Shown here one piece after another: positions 61,431 through 64,000 of a stretch of 64,000 nucleotides of DNA. The stretch is from contig CATNEN010000007.1 of assembly GCA_950097015.1 (NCBI GenBank), positions 1,860,001 to 1,924,000 on the forward strand, in the 5' to 3' direction. Numbering within the stretch: position 1 is the first letter of the stretch; every line of letters starts with the position of its first letter. The notes beneath the pieces are model-generated. The model worked only from the letters and a program-made list of their open reading frames with translations. It was not told the origin of the DNA and searched no databases. A program made the translations under genes and the position numbers. The stretch is from Macrostomum hystrix (taxonomy: Eukaryota > Animalia > Platyhelminthes).

Positions 61431-61932
61431 TACTGAGAGTCAAAGCGGAAAAGATAGACCCCCAGAAAGAAGACGAGAGAAGACTGTTTAAATTGTCAAT
61501 TACTAGTTTTTAGTGTCCAGTGTTGGATGATAGGACCGATATGTTTCGAAATAATTTATTATAGAAGCAGCTATTAAATTATTCGAATGAATAACAACTG
61601 AGAAAAGTCAAAGATTGCATTGCGAGCTAGCTGGCCAAGCCCCCAAAGAATAACAGAAAAAAACTAAAGAGAAACAGCAAGTTGGTGCTTAAACAAATGC
61701 GGCAGAGTAGTAGCTGACGATAAAACTGTTATTTTCTTACATAAAATAGTGAACCCAGTTGACAAACACGTGAACAAGTGGTGCGTAGAACACAACAAAG
61801 CTAGCGTTATTAATCGCTCTGTGTAAGGCTATGCTAAATGAAAAAAATACATTAAAAAACCAATGCGCGCACGTGTCCATTGCTCCAAACAGCAGGTTGA
61901 CATTCAGATCAGATCAGATAGTTCGACAGTTT

Positions 61933-62141
61933 TCAACACAGGCTGAGCTGGAGCTGATGACCTTTCAAGTTTGCTCTGCAATTAAAGCAATGGATTAGTA
62001 ATGAATTGAAATCAACTAAGAACTGCTAATTCAAGATTACCGATTAACTAACCGATGAAATCTCTGCACAAACTCCTGGGCATGCTGAGCAAAGCAGAAT
62101 GTGATATAGGCCTGGCCATTGTTTGAGTACACCTGGCAGCT
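61933..62141 (-). CDS. Last two coding exons of an RRM-domain protein (rest not identified, probably beyond the window)
   Basis: Exons 62141-62053 and 61975-61933 (phase 2, 77-nt intron) give SCQVYSNNGQAYITFCFAQHAQEFVQRFHRANLKGHQLQLSLC*, an RNP1-like GQAYITF followed by a helix2/beta4 pattern. Confidence 0.6.
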
Positions 62142-62289
62142 CTGTTTGATATGGGCAGCGGAATGCGGTATAATAAAAATAAGTTGCAGCTTTTGATAAA
62201 TAATGCTTTCACTAACAGGCTTGTCACTACTAATAACCATACTGTAGCTCCCTAATTACACCTACCCTTTTAGCTTTAACCTAAAACTA

Positions 62290-64000
62290 CTCAGTTAGCA
62301 ATACCCTAAAACCCACCTCCTCAGTTAGCAATACCCTAAAACCCACCTCCTCAGTTAGCAATACCCTAAAACCCGCCTCCTCAGTTAGCAATACCCTAAA
62401 ACCCACCCCCTCAGTTAGCAATACCCTGAAACCCACCTCCTCAGTTAGCAATTACCCTAAAACCCACCTCCTCAGTTAGCAATTACCCTAAAAAACGCCT
62501 CCTCAGTTAGCAATTACCCTAAAACCCGCCTCCTCAGTTAGCAATACCCTAAAAAACGCCTCCTCAGTTAGCAATACCCTAAAACCCACCTCCTCAGTTA
62601 GCAATACCCTAAAACCCGCCTCCTCAGTTAGCAATTACCCTAAAACCCGCCTCCTCAGTTAGCAATTACCCTAAAACCCGCCTCCTCAGTTAGCAATTAC
62701 CCTAAAACCTACCTCCTCAGTTAGCAATTACCCTAAAACCCGCCTCCTCAGTTAGCAATTACCCTAAAACCCGCCTCCTCAGTTAGCAATTACCCTAAAA
62801 CCCACCTCCTCAGTTAGCAATTACCCTAAAACCCACCTCCTCAGTTAGCAATTTACCCTAAAAACGCCTCCTCAGTTAGCAATTACCCTAAAACCTACCT
62901 CCTCAGTTAGCAATTACCCTAAAACCCGCCTCCTCAGTTAGCAATTACCCTAAAACCCGCCTCCTCAGTTAGCCATTACCCTAAAACCCACCTCCTCAGT
63001 TAGCAATACCCTAAAACCCGCCTCCTCAGTTAGCAATACCCTAAAACCCACCTCCTCAGTTAGCAATACCCTAAAACCCACCTCCTCAGTTAGCAATACC
63101 CTAAAACCCGCCTCCTCAGTTAGCAATACCCTAAAAAACGCCTCCTCAGTTAGCAATTACCCTAAAACCCACCTCCTCAGTTAGCAATACCCTAAAACCT
63201 ACCTCCTCAGTTAGCAATACCCTAAAACCCACCTCCTCAGTTAGCAATACCCTAAAACCCACCTCCTCAGTTAGCAATACCCTAAAACCCGCCTCCTCAG
63301 TTAGCAATACCCTAAAACCCGCCTCCTCAGTTAGCAATTACCCTAAAACCCACCTCCTCAGTTAGCAATACCCTAAAACCCACCTCCTCAGTTAGCAATA
63401 CCCTAAAACCCACCTCCTCAGTTAGCAATACCCTAAAACCCGCCTCCTCAGTTAGCAATACCCTAAAACCCACCTCCGCAGTTAGCAATACCCTAAAACC
63501 TACCTCCTCAGTTAGCAATTACCCTAAAAAACGCCTCCTCAGTTAGCAATACCCTAAAACCCGCCTCCTCAGTTAGCAATTACCCTAAAACCCACCTCCT
63601 CAGTTAGCAATTACCCTAAAACCCACTTCCTCAGTTAGCAATTTACCCTAAAAACGCCTCCTCAGTTAGCAATTACCCTAAAACCTACCTCCTCAGTTAG
63701 CAATACCCTAAAACCCACCTCCTCAGTTAGCAATACCCTAAAACCCACCTCCTCAGTTAGCAATACCCTAAAACCCACCTCCTCAGTTAGCAATACCCTA
63801 AAACCCACCTCCTCAGTTAGCAATTACCCTAAAACCCACCTCCTCAGTTAGCAATTACCCTAAAACCCGCCTCCTCAGTTAGCAATACCCTAAAACCCAC
63901 CTCCTCAGTTAGCAATACCCTAAAACCCACCTCCTCAGTTAGCAATACCCTAAAACCCGCCTCCTCAGTTAGCAATTACCCTAAAACCCGCCTCCTCAGT
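62290..64000. repeat. 30/31-bp minisatellite (CTCCTCAGTTAGCAATACCCTAAAACCCAC), runs off the window end
   Basis: About 55 tandem copies, each with one CCCTAA. Confidence 0.98.

Overview
Repeat-rich eukaryotic (animal) genomic DNA. The GC-rich exons, short GT-AG introns and a different minisatellite in most large introns suggest a free-living flatworm such as Macrostomum; this is inference from sequence style, not proof. Bases 1-7.3 kb are a transposon cluster: an intact-looking Tc1/IS630-type element, a piggyBac relic cut by a truncated Ty3/Gypsy element, a complete non-autonomous Helitron and a LINE 3' end. Genes were rebuilt by hand from splice sites and exon phases. On the + strand: a tetraspanin derivative lacking TM2-TM3, a single-ORF SLC35E1, an eIF4E with a long repetitive N-terminus, and an FNBP4-like WW protein. 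On the - strand: a 7-repeat protocadherin, a calcitonin/DH31-type neuropeptide precursor, the 3' part of a putative GPI-anchored protein, and the 3' end of an RRM protein. The neuropeptide precursor is split over four small coding exons and is not recognisable in the ORF track; it is the top finding. The window also holds P-element, mariner and LINE relics, three tRNA-derived SINE families (one CORE-type) and about 18 tandem arrays. All gene models are manual predictions that need transcript support.
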